Assembly: GCA_051362555.1 (NCBI GenBank)
Contig: CM120640.1
Coordinates: forward strand, 45,176,788-45,240,787
Length of the DNA stretch: 64,000 bases
Source of the DNA: Lingula anatina
Taxonomy: Eukaryota > Animalia > Brachiopoda
Direction of reading: 5' to 3'
In this document: positions 63,992-64,000 of the stretch, in pieces
Numbering within the stretch: the first letter of the stretch is position 1
Layout of the letters: each line of letters opens with the position of its first letter
Position numbers and translations under genes: made by a program
Notes under the pieces: generated by a model
Database searches by the model: none
Told to the model about the DNA's origin: nothing
What the model saw: only the letters and a program-made list of their open reading frames with translations

Positions 63992-64000
63992 GTATGTGAA

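Noticed and set aside
1-64000. CRISPR array, operon-like or other prokaryotic systems; rRNA/tRNA genes
   Set aside because: The sequence is clearly spliceosomal-intron eukaryotic DNA. No regularly spaced repeat-spacer array or recognisable structural RNA gene was seen.

Overview
AT-rich, intron-containing animal genomic DNA, probably a lophotrochozoan such as a mollusc (inferred from gene content and the catalase N-terminus). Seven host genes can be spliced by eye with consistent GT-AG phases: a C6orf118-like gene (-), inscuteable (+, with a ~26 kb 5' region and several candidate first exons), catalase (-), the macrodomain enzyme OARD1/TARG1 (+), proteasome lid subunit PSMD13/Rpn9 (-), an uncharacterised gene with a family-like C-terminal motif (-), and nudC (+, runs off the window end). 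Six of the seven form three head-to-head pairs, two of which have RFX X-box-like promoters. A complete, very young 4.6 kb Ty3/Gypsy (Mag-like) LTR retrotransposon sits in an inscuteable 5' intron; it has identical 165-bp LTRs, a 5-bp TSD and an intact gag-pol with an unusual SIDD RT motif. Many small non-autonomous DNA transposons are present: several CAG...CTG MITEs with 5-bp TSDs (one duplicating a nudC splice donor), a TTAA/Kolobok-type MITE, a 9-bp-TSD MULE-type MITE and a 29-bp TIR-only palindrome with a 7-bp TSD. No prokaryotic features, CRISPR arrays, rRNA or tRNA genes were recognised. All coordinates and family assignments were made by eye, without database searches.
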